62,746 nt of DNA from Chiloscyllium plagiosum. Lineage: Eukaryota. The position numbers and the translations under genes were made by a program. The notes below the pieces were generated by a model that did no database searches, was not told the DNA's origin, and saw only the letters and a program-made list of their open reading frames with translations. The DNA lies in contig NC_057718.1 of assembly GCF_004010195.1 (NCBI RefSeq), positions 40,743,632 to 40,806,377 of the forward strand. Direction: 5' to 3'. The first letter of the stretch is position 1. Each line of letters opens with the position of its first letter. This document shows positions 38,116 to 51,610 of this stretch, piece by piece.

Positions 38116-38702
38116 AGGTTAGGAAAGTGCCTGTGATTAAAATTTTTGTTTAGCTTCTAAAAGTGTTTTAACCTGTGTTTAAATTGATCGTGTATTTAAT
38201 TACTGTCCTCTCTGTAATTACATTAATTTCACTGTTTTATTGCATTTGCCTTTTTTCTTATATTACATTTACCTCTTTTTTAAAACTTAATAAATATAGA
38301 GATTCTGTTGCCCTGAAACACCTGTCTTCTGCCTTTCTCATTACTAACTAAGGCCAGTGTCAGAACCAGGGATTTGGGGGTGATGCAAACCACCTAAAAA
38401 TCAGCAAATCACTGATCACAAACCAGAAACCCTACATTAGGAAGAAATGAGAAAAAGAAAAAGTGATTTTTAAAAACTTTTTGGTAGCTTGAACAATAAT
38501 TAAATTTTGAAGGGATGAGTCTTCACATTTACAAAATTAAAATTTCCATGGTCAATGTGATTGTTTGGCAGTAATTAAGACTTATTGCACTATTAATTAA
38601 TAATCACTTACACCCAAATACACCACACCTACCCTGCCCTGGCATGCTTGAAGAGTAACTTGTAGATAATTATAGTTACATTAATTTCAGTGATGAATTT
38701 GT

Positions 38703-38970
38703 GGTGGCAAGGTGGCTCAGTGGTTAGCATTGCTGCCTCATAGCACCAGCCTCATGGTGTTTCTATGTTCTCCCCATATCTGCATTGGTTTCTGCCGGGT
38801 GCTCCAGTTTCCTCCCACAGTCCAAAGCTGTACAGGTTTGGTGGATTGCCTACATTGTCCAGGGAAGTATGGGTTATGTTGGCTAGTCATGGTAAATGCA
38901 GGGGTAGGAATTGGGGGGTGGTACTGGATCTTCAGAGGGCCAGTGCTGACTTAATGGGCTGAAGGATTTT
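38703..38970 (+). mobile_element. Diverged HE1-like SINE
   Basis: GGTGGCTCAGTGGTTAGCATTGCTGCCTCA..CAGTTTCCTCCCACAGTCCAAAG. Confidence 0.8.
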
Positions 38971-39165
38971 ATAAAAAATCTATTGAGTTGCCTGTGAGGC
39001 ATAGCTGTATTCCTACTTATTTTTATTGCAAATGTCAGCTCTTCAGTCTATTTAAGGCTAACTGTGGTTACTAAAATACTGTAAAAAAGTTTCAATGTGT
39101 TTTTATTAAAATTGGAACTATGAGTGATACTACTATCTGTGCCCAAGAATGTGCATATATGTGTG

Positions 39166-39224
39166 ACCTGTGTTTACAATGTGTTGGTTGTACTCTGTAA
39201 CCTGTGTTTACAATGTGTTGGTTG
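39166..39224. repeat. Perfect 25-bp direct repeat, 34-bp period
   Basis: ACCTGTGTTTACAATGTGTTGGTTG at 39166-39190 and 39200-39224. Confidence 0.95.
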
Positions 39225-39986
39225 GCCCCATATCAAAATGTTTCTGTGGTGATAATAGCCTGACAGTTGTCTCCCAGCAACTAACTCTGCATTCAGCAAC
39301 ATAGCCAGAAAGACACACGTACCAAACAGCTGCTAGGTTGCTTGAGTGTACTGCATGATGACTTGCTAAAACTGCAATAATTTCCATCTTGCGCCAATTT
39401 TTGTGCACATGCTCTTTTGGTAACCTTCATAAGTCTTCAAAGATTTCTCCGCTTTGTTTATGGATGTGAGAAACTGCATTGCTTCTGATTTGACGGATTG
39501 CTACAGCTCCTGAAGGGAAAGCATAGAAAATGAATCACCAAATTTGGAATTGCTGCATTGTCCAATGTATCTTCTGACTGAATGTAAGAACCATATCTGA
39601 AAGAGCTCCTAGCTCCCCAGAAATTCCTTTACATTTTGTGTAGCTAGACCGTTGGACATAATCACTGTATAATGAACTGATTTCACACTCCAGCAAGGCT
39701 CGTTTGCCATGCCGATTACACAATGCAATGCAGTCCCTCTGCTGGAGTGTCAACCTGAAGCAATGGTCCAATATTTGGTATGTAAATCCAGTTCTTTGAT
39801 TAGGCAACATCACTTGCTGGGTTGTATATTATAAGCTTTCAAATAAAACCGTCTTAGTCACAATATCAACATTGGAAATGTCTGAGACGAGCCACAGATC
39901 AGTTTCTACTCTTGGATTTTGAGCTTTGCAATCAGTTAAAATGCAAATCTTCTCCATCTGGAAAGAAAGGCAATGATGAGGGAATC

Positions 39987-40233
39987 TGAAATGACTCCAC
40001 AAAGGCTGGTATCCATTCACCAAGTCATCCTTTATTTACACATGCACATTATACAAACCCAGCTAGCTCAGAGCCCGGCTCTTAGAATGAGCAGAATCCC
40101 TGATACTCCTATTTATAACTGTCAGCCAGAGTTCCCTGATTGGACCAGGTTAGCAGCCCCAGTCAGGGAACTTATAATCTATGAGATCCACCGAGGCTGA
40201 CCTTGCTCCACTCATTACATCTTTCCTGCTCTT
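39987..40233 (-). mobile_element. LTR (probably Gypsy-type 3' LTR) with polypurine tract
   Basis: Minus strand: AAGAGCAGGAAAGA then TGTAATGA..CCAAT..TATAAATA..AATAAA..TCATTTCA; TG..CA ends with imperfect terminal inverted repeat; LTR 39987-40219. Confidence 0.7.
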
Positions 40234-40976
40234 AAATCCTCAGATGTAAATCTGTTCTTTATCCTGTAGATTTTCTGAGTGTTTTCGCACCAATTCCAGT
40301 TCCTGGACAAATTTTTAAAATGCGACAAAGCTGACTTGATTTTGTGGTTGCTGCCTTGTGCAGCAGTTGTGGAATATTCCTGAAGCAGAGTAGGTTTGAG
40401 GTCTAATCTATCAACTGACAGTTCTAGTTGTGATGGGGCTGTAACAAAAGAAGCCAGGAATTTCTGGCGTATTATCTTTTTTTCTATTACATTTTTCCAA
40501 CTGATCCCTTTGTAGTGGGTAAGCTAGGTAAACATTGCTGCTGGCATATTATGAGATGGTGTGTTTAAGGTTATCTTTACCAACTTGCTATATTCATTAG
40601 TACCGGGTTCCTGTTATTCAATCATAACCCTTTACTTACCTATTATTTACTATAACTTGGTTTCATTTACTATATTTTATTATCATAAGATAGACCAAAT
40701 TTAAAACAACTCTTTCTAATAAAAACAACACTTTCAAACCCATGACTGCATTTTCACACTTTATCAGCCCTTGCTACAAGTGTATCATACAGAACAATAC
40801 CATCCCCATCAAGTCCCCATGAAACATTACAATATTAATCAACTCTTACCAACCATCTCCTGGACCTGAATAGATTCCCCAATTAGTATGTACCTGTTAA
40901 ATACCTTTTAACTGGGCCATTATCCCTTTAAAAAACTAACTAATGAAACAGCGCTTCCATGAAATTGAATAGGAGT

Positions 40977-43175
40977 ACAAAGAACAAAGAGAATTTACAG
41001 CCCAGGAACAGGCCCTTCGGCCCTCCAAGCCTGAGCCAATCCAAATCCACTGCCTAAACCTATAGCTCAATTCCTAAGCATCTGGATCCCTCTGCTCCCC
41101 ATCTACTCATGCATCTGTCCAGACGCACCTGAAATGAATCTACCGTGCCTGCCTCTACTACCTCTGCTGGCAACGCATTCCAGGCACCTACAAATTCTGT
41201 TTAAAGTACTTGCCGCATATTTCCCCCTTAAACTTTTCACCTCTCGTCTTGAACGTGTGATCTCTCTTAGTGAATCCCTCACCCCAGGAAAAAAGCTTAT
41301 CTCTATCTGCCTTGTCTATACTCTTCTTAATTTGGAGACTTCAATCGGGTCCCCCCTCAATCTCCTTTTTTCTAATGAAAACAATCCGAACCTACTCAAC
41401 CTCTCTTCATAGCTAGCACTTTCCATACCAGGCAACATCCTCGTAAACCTTCTCTGTACCCTCTCCAAACCATCCACATCCTTTTGCTAATGTGGCGAAC
41501 AGAACTGTACACAGTATTTTAACTGCAGCCGAACCAATGTCTTGCACAATTTTAACATGACCTGCCAGCTCTTATACTCAATAACCCGTCCAATGAGGGC
41601 AAGCATACCATATGCCTTTTTGACCACTCTATGCACCTGTGCAGCAATCTTCAGGGTACAATGGACCTGAACTCCCAGATCTCTCTGCTCATCAACTTTT
41701 CCCAAGGCTCTTCCTTTCACTGTATAATTCACTCTAGAATTAGACTTCCCAAAATGCATCAACTCACATTTTCCTGTATTGAACTCCATCTGCCACTTCT
41801 CTGCCCAACTCTCCAGTCTATCCATATTCTCCTGTATTCTTTGACAGTCCCCTATGCTTTCTGCTACTCCACCAATCTTCGTGTCATCTGCAAACTTACT
41901 GACCAGACCAACAATGCCCTCTTCCAGATCATTTATGTATATTACAAACAACAGTGGCCCCAGCACTGATCCCTGTGGAACACCACTGGTCACCTTTCTC
42001 CATTTCAAGAAACTCCCTTCAACTACTACTCTCTGTCTCCTGTTGTTCAACCAGTTCTTTATCCACCTAGCTAAAACACTCTGCACATCATGTGACTTTA
42101 CTTTCTCCATTAGTTTACCATGGGGAACCTTGTCAAATGTTCATGTATATGACATTTACAGCCCTTCCTTCATCTATCAACTTGGTCACTTCCTCAAAGA
42201 ACTTCACTAAGTTGGTAAGGCACGATCTATCCCGCACAAAATCATGTTGCCTATCACTGATAGGTCCATTCTGTTCCAAATATAAATAGATTTTATCCCT
42301 CAGTATCTTCTCCAGCAACTTTCCCACCACTGATGTCAGGTTCACTGGTCTGTAGTTTCCTGGAATATCCCTACTACCCTTCTTGTACAGGGGGACAACA
42401 TGAGCAACCCTCCAGTCCTCTGGCACTTCACCTGTGTTTAAGGATGCCACAAGGAAATCTGTCAGGGCCCCAGCTGTTTCCTCTCTCGCCTCCCTCAGCA
42501 ACTGGGGACAGATCCCATTCGGTCCTGTGGATTTGTCCACCATAATATCCTTTAGCCTACTCAACACATCTTCCCTTCTTATGTCAGCATGATATAGAGT
42601 AAACAAACTTCTATCTATCTCAGCATTCATCACCTCCCGTTCCTCAGTGAACACTGATGCAAAGCAATCGTTGAGAATCTCACCCATTTTCTCAAGTTCA
42701 ACACACAACCTTCCTTTCTTATCTTTAGTGGACCAACCCTTCCTTTAGTTCCCTCTTGCTTCTTATATATGAATAAAAGGCCTTGGTATTCTCCCTAAGT
42801 CTGCTTGCTAAAGATATTTCATGACCCCCTTTAGCCTGCTTGATTGCACATTTAAGATTGGTCCTACTTGCCCAATATTCCTCCAAGGCCTGTTCTGTTC
42901 TTAACTGCCTGGACCTTATGTACGCTTCCCTTTTCCTCTTGGTTAGTCACACAATTTCTCCTGTCATCCATGGTGCTCAAATCTTGCCTTTCCTATCCCT
43001 TGTTTTCAATGGGACATGCCTATCCTGCACTAGCTTCAACCTATCTTTGAAAGCCTCCCACATATCAAATGTGGACTTTCCTTCAAATAGCTGTGTCCCA
43101 TCCACATTTCCCAGCTCCTTCCTAATTTTGATATAATTGGCCTTGACCCAGTTTAGCACTTGTCCCTTAGGACCA
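40977..43175 (-). mobile_element. CR1 LINE, 2.2 kb of ORF2 plus 3' UTR, disrupted
   Basis: ORFs 42133-42708 and 41487-42110: [44 protein letters not shown] tail. Confidence 0.96.
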
Positions 43176-46100
43176 CGAATGAATGAAACTCACATTGGCA
43201 AATAGTAAATAAATCTCACAACCCAGCTGCAGTAATTAGTTTAATATCCTTTATTCTTTTTTAAGTACAGATATAATTTCTAACTTATTAAGAGCACATA
43301 GGCTTAGTATTTTTTACTAGCATTTACTAACTCAAAAGACAAAAGAACTAACACCTCTTAATTATACACCTAATTAAATACTTACTTTATAAGTCAAATC
43401 ATTTTAAAATAGTTGTGTATCCAACTTTTGAAATTCCCCTCTGCTTCTGCCTCATTTACCATCTTGCACTTCAGCTAATACGTACTCCATACGTTATTTT
43501 ATGTAAAGTGTGCATTCATTATGTTACTGTATAAGTAATAAATAATCATTCAAATGCTTTAAGTACTCAATATATATTGATTTACACCTAATTTTAATCC
43601 ATATTTTCTCAATTCTGTTCATATAAAATAGATTTGTCCTTGTCTCCAACTTTTATTATTTCAAGGAAACACTAACTTCATGGGTAGACGTTTTGATGAA
43701 TTAGTCCCGAAACAAAACATAACAGCTTGCTACTTGGAAGAGTTATCAGGGAATTGAGGACTATGTTGAACTGGCATGAAAGAGGAGTTGAGACCTGTGG
43801 CAGGTCAGCTGTGAATAGCAGAGCAGGCTTGGAGGGCTGAACAGCCTGTCTGGTTCCTATTTCTTATATTTGTAGCAGTCAGAATTATCTTTGCTTCTGT
43901 AGATCTCTTAAGGTTTTCTTGTCCATTTTCACCCCTGCTAAACGATACACAAACTAAAACATCAAACATCAGTTTCTATTCACCTCTGAGATTTTAACTG
44001 ACAAAAGTTAAAGGAGGTGCCCCATTTCCAATGAATTCTCATTTATCTATAGTTTTATCAAGAATACTCACACCATGCGTAAAATTGTCTAGAATTCAAT
44101 ATCTCAAAGTCTGGTTTGAGACTTTAGCCTCATATTTAAATAATGACAACAGTTTTGAGATTCTGCACAATAGTTGTACCTATAGTTCATTTTATTAGGC
44201 TTATAAAGTGTAAGCAGTCTACATAATGACTCACGAAACCATAGAACTTCATAATGTATATCTTTTTCAGGGATCATTTGGGTTTTGATGTCAAACTCAT
44301 AAAACTAGTCTGATGAACTGTCAAAACTCTGCAGGATAAAGAATTTAGACCCTGGGAAACTATTACTGGAAAGAATAAAATTTCAACTCTGTGGCTATTT
44401 CTTGTAATACAAAAGCACCCTTTAATCTTTTTTTGTAGTTCTGATTACCAGATATGCAAGCACCTGCTTGGAGTGCAGAAGCAGATGTAAGTGCACTGAC
44501 TGACCCAACTCTTACTCTGCTACACGTTTTATATCTTATAGTTTCATGTTTTATTACTTGTTCATATTTCAATTACATTCTAATTTAGATAATACTTTTA
44601 AATCATGAAATCTTTTATGTACTTTCTACGTAATTTATTGTAACCACTTGCACTGAATCGCATTGATCTTGAGTAAAAAGCCATGTGTTCATATTGAAGG
44701 CATTCTTTAAAAATTATGCACCCAATTGGCAAGTCTACTTTTGAGATGTCTTCAAACTTCCAGATGTCATGTTGAAACTGTACAGTACTCAGATAAGGTC
44801 ACATCTATAATTCTGGTGACATACCACAGACAGAGATGGTACAAAGGGGTGCAACAAGTTAAACAATCAAAATCCAGGTGAAACAAGAATGAGTAGGAAA
44901 AACATTAGGCTCAGCTAATCCCTTCATTCTTCAGTCATATGTGAGATTCCTAGATTCCAAAGCTGAAACTCGGTACAATAATTTTACATATGGCAGCGCA
45001 ATAGGACAAGGTGGCATGGTTCAGAATTGCAAGGGGAAACTTTAGATCAGATCTCCGGAATTATTCCTTGGCAAAGAGGGTTGTGGGTCCTGGTGTGGTG
45101 TGCAATCACTAGAACAGATTGATTTAGAAGCTGGTTGGTAGTCAGGCCAGAATGATGGATTGATCTGAGAAACAGCAAGGATCTTTATTAGAAAATTGAG
45201 AGGCTGGTACTTTACAAATGAATGGATGTGCGAGATTTTCCTGTTCATTTGCTAGGCAGCTGATGGATGTTTCACAGAAAGCTCAGACAAAATAGTATAA
45301 AACTCAGTTTAACCCAAAACCTATCATACATCAAACACACCACATGTAGCATGAATGCCAGGGAAACAATTTATTAATGATTCATATAATCATTCATTAT
45401 TCTAACATTTCTCAAAAAGCTTCATGGCTTAATGCAAAGTAATCAAAGTAATTAAACTTATTGCAAAAACAGATAGAAGTGCTTCCAAAAAGCAATCAGC
45501 AAACACCACAACAAAACCAAATCTCATTACTCAACTATTTTTCAAAGTTAACTGTCCCAAACTGGAAGCTGCCACAAAATGAACTTGCTCAAATATTTCT
45601 TCACAATATGCAAGTCTTTCCTGACTTCAATCAAATACCATTTGTACCATAATAAACAAAGATAAAACATACAATATTCAACAATGAGCAACTAATTGCT
45701 CAATTAATGTCATGTTGGAAATATATGAATAACTTTTCCTGACACAACCATGTTCTTTACCATGGAACCTATAATTAAAGAGGGAATGTTTACCTGACAT
45801 ATTGATATTGAGGATTTCTTACTGTTTGCAATCCAGTCTGTGTGTATACCTTGAGGGGACAATGATAACTCTTGTTACCTGATAAACAATTAGAAATAAA
45901 ATGTACATTGACAAACTGCTTATACATTTGAGAGAGAGAAGGGAGCTTGCCGCATTGAATTTATTTCAGCTTAAGAGTGAAAACTCGTTGGCGGAAGTTT
46001 TGGACACTGTTTTGGTAGGACTGGTGATGTTTGGGATGCAAAAATACCACATACATGGTGATTTTTCAACACCTGTTCCTGGTGCCTGCTATATTCAGCA

Positions 46101-46224
46101 GAGTGGGGTGAAGGCAAGATTATGATTCTGCCATTGCCAACATTGACGGCACTAAAACCAACTCAGGATAGGATGCTAGTTCTTAATGAAAATGAACTGC
46201 AGATGCTGTCAATCTTCATTCAAT

Positions 46225-48010
46225 CTAATTGAAGACAATTTTCTGATTCAGTATGTGGATGTACATACTAGAGAAGGTGCAAAACTTGACCTACTCATGG
46301 GAAATAAGGCAGGGCAAGTAACTGAGGTTTCAGTGGGGGAGCACTTTGGGGCCAGGGACCATGATTATATTAGATTTAAAATAGTGATGGAAAAGGATAG
46401 ACTAGATCTAAAAGTTGAAGTTCTAAATTGGAGAAAGGCTAATTTTGACAGTATTAGGCAACAACTTTTGAAAGCTGATTGGGGGCAGATATTCGCAGGT
46501 AAAGGGATGGCTGGAAAATGGAAAGCCTTCAGAAATGAGATAACGAGAATCCAGAGAAAGTATATTCCTGTCAGGGTGAAAGAAATGGCTGATAAGTATG
46601 GGAATGCTGGATGGCTAAAGAAATTGAGGATTTGGTTAAGAAAAAGAAGGAAGCAAATGTAAGGTATAGACAGGATAGATCGAGTGAATCCTTAGGAGAG
46701 TATAAAGGAAGGAGGAGTATACTTAAGAGGGAAATCAGGAGGGCAAAACGGGGATATGAGACAGCTTTGGCAAATAGAATTAAGGAGAATCCAAAGAGTT
46801 TCTACAAATACATTAAGGATAAAAGGGTAACTGGGGAGAGAATAGGGCCCCTCAAAGTTCAGCAAGGCAGCCTTTGTGTGGAGCCGCAGAAAATGGGGGA
46901 GATACTAAATGAGTATTTTGCATCAGTGTTTACAGTGGAAAAGGATATGGAAGAATAGAATGTAGGAAAATAGATGGTGACATCTTGCAAAATGTCCATA
47001 TTACAGAGGAGGAAGTGCTGGATGTCTTGAAATGGGTAAAAGTGGATAAATCCCCAGGACCTGATCAGTGTACCTGAGAACTCTGTGGGAAGCTAGAGAA
47101 GTGATTGCTGGGCCTTTTGCTGAAGGTGTAGTGGACAGCGAAGAGGGTTATCTCAGATTACAACAGGATCTGGACCAGATGGGCCAATGGGCTGAGAAAT
47201 GGCAGGTGGAGTTTAATTCAGATAAATGCAAGGTGCTGCATTTTGGGAAAGAAAATCTTAGCAGGACTAATAAACTTAATGGTAAGGTCCTAGAGAGTGT
47301 TGCTGAACAAAGAGACTTTGGAGTGTAGGTTCATAGCTCCTTGAAAGTGGAGTCACAGGTAGATAGGATAGTGAAGAAGGAGTATGATATGCTTTCCTTT
47401 ATTGGTCAGAGTATTGAGTACAGGAGTTGGGAGGTCATGTTGCGGCTGTACAGGACATTGGTTAGGCCACTGTTGGAATATTGCATGCAATTCTGGTCTC
47501 CTTCCTATCGGAAAGATGTTGTGAAACTTGAAAGGGTTCAGAAAAGATTTACAAGGGTGTTGCCAGGGTTGGAGGATTTGAGCTATTGGGAGAGGCTGAA
47601 TACGCTGGGGCTGTTTTCCCTGGAGCGTCAGAGGCTGAGGGGTGACCTTATAGAGGCATGGATAAGATAAATAGACTAAGTCTTTTCCCTAGGGTCGGGG
47701 AGTCCAGAACTAGAGGACATAGGTTTAGGGTGAGAGGGGAAAGATATAAAAGAGACCTAAGGGGCAACTTTTTCATGGAGAGGTTGGTACATGTATGGAA
47801 TGAGCTGCCAGAGGAAATGGTGGAGGCTGGTACAATTGTAACATTTAAAAGGCATTTGGATGGGTATATGAATAGGAAGGGTTTGGAGGGATATGGGCCA
47901 GGTGCTGGCAGGTGGGACTAGATTGGGTTGGGATATATGTTCGGCATGGACAGGTTGGACTGAAGGATCTGTTTCCATGCTGTACATTTCTATGACTCTA
48001 TGACTCTATA
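46225..48010 (+). mobile_element. CR1/HER1-like LINE with internal deletion of RT core
   Basis: TREGAKLDLL (EN), ILNEYFASVFT, fused [14 protein letters not shown] at ~47123, (GACTCTAT)n tail. Confidence 0.95.
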
Positions 48011-48309
48011 ACTAGAAGGCATAGGTTTAGGGTGAGAGGGGAAAGATATAAAAGGGACCTAAGTGGCAACATTTTCACACAGTGGGTGGTACGGGTATGG
48101 AATGAGCTGCCAGAGGAAGTGGTGGAGGTTGGTACAATTGCAACATTTAAGAGGCATTTGGATGGGTATATGAATAGGAAGGGTTTGGAGGGATATGGGC
48201 CAGGTGCTCGCAGGTGGGACTAGATTGGGTTGGGATATCTGGTCGGCATGGGCGAGTTGGACTGAAGGGTCTGTTTCCAAGCTGTACATCTCTATGACTC
48301 TGTGACTAT
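48011..48309 (+). mobile_element. Second CR1/HER1 3' end directly in tandem
   Basis: Homologous to 47708-48008 and 21846-22147; own GACTCT tail. Confidence 0.93.
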
Positions 48310-48935
48310 ATTCACTGCTCACAATGTGGTCTCCTTTGCAATGAGGAGATGAAACACAAACTGGGTGACCACTTTGCCAAACACCCACACTCTGTCCATA
48401 AAAATGATCCTGTGCTTCCAGTTGCCTGCCACTTCAACACACCACCATGTTCCCATGCCAACGTTTCTATCTCAGGCCTGCCATAGTGCTCCAGACTAGA
48501 GCAATGCAAATGTCTTCCTCCTATCTACCTTGCAGCCTTCAGGACTCAATATTGAATTTAACTATTTCAGAAAGTGGACACTCTCCTGTTTGTTCATTCC
48601 AGTTGCCCACACCCCAGGTCCGAATTTGTATGGGTTGCTCCCAGCATAATCAACAAATGCCAACCATTTACGCTTCTTATTAGCATTTATCTCTCTCTCT
48701 CAGTTTATCATCAGCAATCTCTTTGTTTGCTTATCCTTTTCTCTCTCTTTCTCTCTAGGCATCATCACCACGTACTCTATTCACTCATCACCCCACCCTC
48801 CTGACCAAACCATCAGCAGCATTAATACCAACATTTCCCAAGTTGCTTTCTGTTCTGCCTAAGGACCATCGGACTCGAAATGTTAATTCTATTTTTGTGT
48901 CTACAGATGCTGCCAGACTTGCCAAGTTTCTCCAC
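48310..48935 (+). mobile_element. Old Penelope-like 3' fragment
   Basis: IHCSQCGLLC..LGDHFAKH..PVACHFN; terminus with decayed GGACTCGAAATGTTAA motif. Confidence 0.75.
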
Positions 48936-49725
48936 AAAATAAATCAGGTTTCCCTCAGACACCATCTCTTTTCTTCAGTTTTAAAATTTCGAACTATTGA
49001 CTGAAAGTGTGTAATATACTGAACCATTACAATATTAAAATTTGTTTCTGTGGAGCCAACTGGAGCAGGTGTATTCCTTTGACTCCACAGTACTCAAGAT
49101 CCAGCCCCAGCTTTGCTTCTACAATGTTCTCATGTACCTTCAGGTATTGGGAGAGTAGAAGATACCCAACCTTCAATTAATGATGGGAAATAGCCTTTAA
49201 ACCCTCTCAATCTCTTGATTCAAGAACACAACAGTTTTATGTGGTCTTTCTCCTACTAGGACCTGGGGGGATTAACATCGAATTAAGTCCAAATGAATAT
49301 AAATCTATGGCATCAGCCGTCCTTCACTGTCAGGCCCAGATGACCGTTGCTCATATGTGCTCCTGGTCAGTGAGGGTCAACAAGTTATTGAGGGCAGGAC
49401 ATTTGAGCGGAGCCCATTCCTGTCCTAGTAAGGTGTCAGCAGGAGTTAGAGAATGTTAATCATGAGTAAACCCCCTTGCTATTTCCCTACATGTTCTCAG
49501 AGGTTGTGAAGGGCAATTGTAGGACCTTACTGAGATTCACTAACACAGCATAAATTGCATTTGAAGTTTGAAATTTCTGAATCATATAATTTGGTAATAT
49601 TGCAGAAAATGCCTTTACCAATTAAGTCAGTAGAGAACGTCATTGGTAGCAACAAATTGCAGTAGGTATCATCAGGGACAAGAGTTTGGCCGTTCATCTC
49701 CTGGGCATTGACATGCTGCTTCTGA

Positions 49726-50019
49726 TTAGAGTAGATGACCTACAGTATGGAAACAGGCCCTTCGGCCCACACCGACCCTCCGAAGAGTAACCCACCCAGA
49801 TCCTAACTAATGCACCTAACACTATGGGCAATTTAGCATGTCCAATTCACCTGACCTGCACAGCTTTGGATTGTGGGAGGAAACCAGAGCACCCGGAGGA
49901 AACCCACACAGACACAGGGAGAATGTGCAAACTCCACAGAGATAGTCGCCCGAGACTGGAATCGAACCTAGGGCCCTAGTGCTGTGAGGCAACAGTGCTA
50001 ACCACTGAGCCACCGTGCC
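49726..50019 (-). mobile_element. HE1-like V-SINE
   Basis: GGCACGGTGGCTCAGTGGTTAGCACTG head, GGTTCGATTCC B box, V domain. Confidence 0.92.
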
Positions 50020-51269
50020 AATGTTAACTGGACGTTAGCTGGGACCCCAAAGGAGTAAGCAAATTGCAACTATTATACTTCTTTCCTTATATAACATTTG
50101 CTTCTTTAGAAGCTAAAGGACAGTCAGCGGTTATAATACTCACTGTAATCATGAGTGACTTTGATGATGGAGTAGAAAACTATATATCTAAACTTACTGA
50201 GTTTATCTAAACACAGCTTAGTAAGCAGTCCAGATGGAAGGATAAAATTAGAAAGAACAGCTAATAGGTTAAGTGAATGGGCTCAATTGTGAGAAATGGA
50301 ATTTCATGAACGGTTGCTCAGTATGGACCTTAAAGGGACAGAACATAGAACGGAATAGTTTCTAAATGGTGAAATTTGAAAAACAATTCAAAAGGACTTG
50401 GAAGAACAGGCATAAACATCATAAAGAGCTCCAGGCTGCTGGCTCTTATGAAAAATGTAATGCCATGCTGCAGGATTCGCATCCTGAAGGAATCATGCCA
50501 TTCTGCAATCATGCAGAAGACTGATGAGCACTGAAACAGCCCGGCTGCTATCTTTAATAAGCGAAGACCAACTCAGCTTGTCAACAAGGAAATTGACTCT
50601 GATTTTCCAAGGCCTATTCCACAGTTTTCTAGATTCACAGGAAAAATGTTGGGAACAAGTCACATCAAATCTGAAGATGAGGAGTGGGAGCCATATCAAC
50701 CAGGAACAGAACCTGACTGTGAATGTCAGTGAGATGGGGAATTTGCTATGAATGTAAAGATTTAATTAGGAATGTGGAACTCGCTGTAGATTAATATTGT
50801 TCCTATACACACCCCTTCTTGGCACTTAGCATGTATCAGCACCAAGGACTGCGACACTTGCCAATGGTGAGGTTCAAGATAAGTGATTCAGAGTAGCACA
50901 TACGAACAAAAACTCACCTGACAGCCAATCAACCTAGGATAAAGCACACAGGAAACACCAATGAAGCCAGAACAGCAAGAACACACAATGCTAACATCGT
51001 GAGTCCTCACTAAAAATTGTAGCTGTCATCCTAAAAATTGCAACTTTAAGTGAAACAACTTTAAGCGAATGACATTTCCCATTAAAACTAATGTAAAAGC
51101 TGCAGTTAGGTTCTGGATGAGGTTCCTTAGAAGAAACGAATATTAAAATACTATGCACAGAAAGTCAAAATATTTACTTGACTAAATTCCTAAATTGGTA
51201 AATAAAATTACTTCATGTAAATATACGTGTACTAATGCTTCAAACTTATAATCTGTTTGTAGGTTTTTC

Positions 51270-51610
51270 ACAGACTGTCTCACACTCACAGTGTCACTGC
51301 CAGACTCTCACACTAACAGTGTCACTACCAGACTCTCACACTCACAGTGTCACTGCCAGAATCCAACTCACAGTGTCACTGTCAGACTCTCACACTCACA
51401 ATGTCACTGTCAGACTCTCACACTCACAGTGCCACTACCAGACTCTCACACTCACAGTGTCTCTGCCAGACTCTCACACTCACAGTGTCATTGCCAGACT
51501 CTCACACTCACAGTGCCACTACGAGACTCTCACACTCACAGAGTCACTGCCAGACTCTCACACTCACAGTCTCACTGTCAGACTCTCACACTCACAGTGT
51601 CGCTGCCAGA
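51270..51610. repeat. 28-bp minisatellite, ~12 units (left part)
   Basis: Unit CAGACTCTCACACTCACAGTGTCACTGC. Confidence 0.95.

Noticed and set aside
38125..38420. Possible second LTR (TG..AATAAA..CA)
   Set aside because: No PBS/PPT, TSD or partner copy visible.
41487..42708. Possibly functional reverse transcriptase gene
   Set aside because: Split by frameshifts/stops and 5'-truncated; dead CR1 copy.
51270..51610. CRISPR-like regular repeats
   Set aside because: Units are contiguous with no unique spacers, no cas genes, and the DNA is vertebrate-like.
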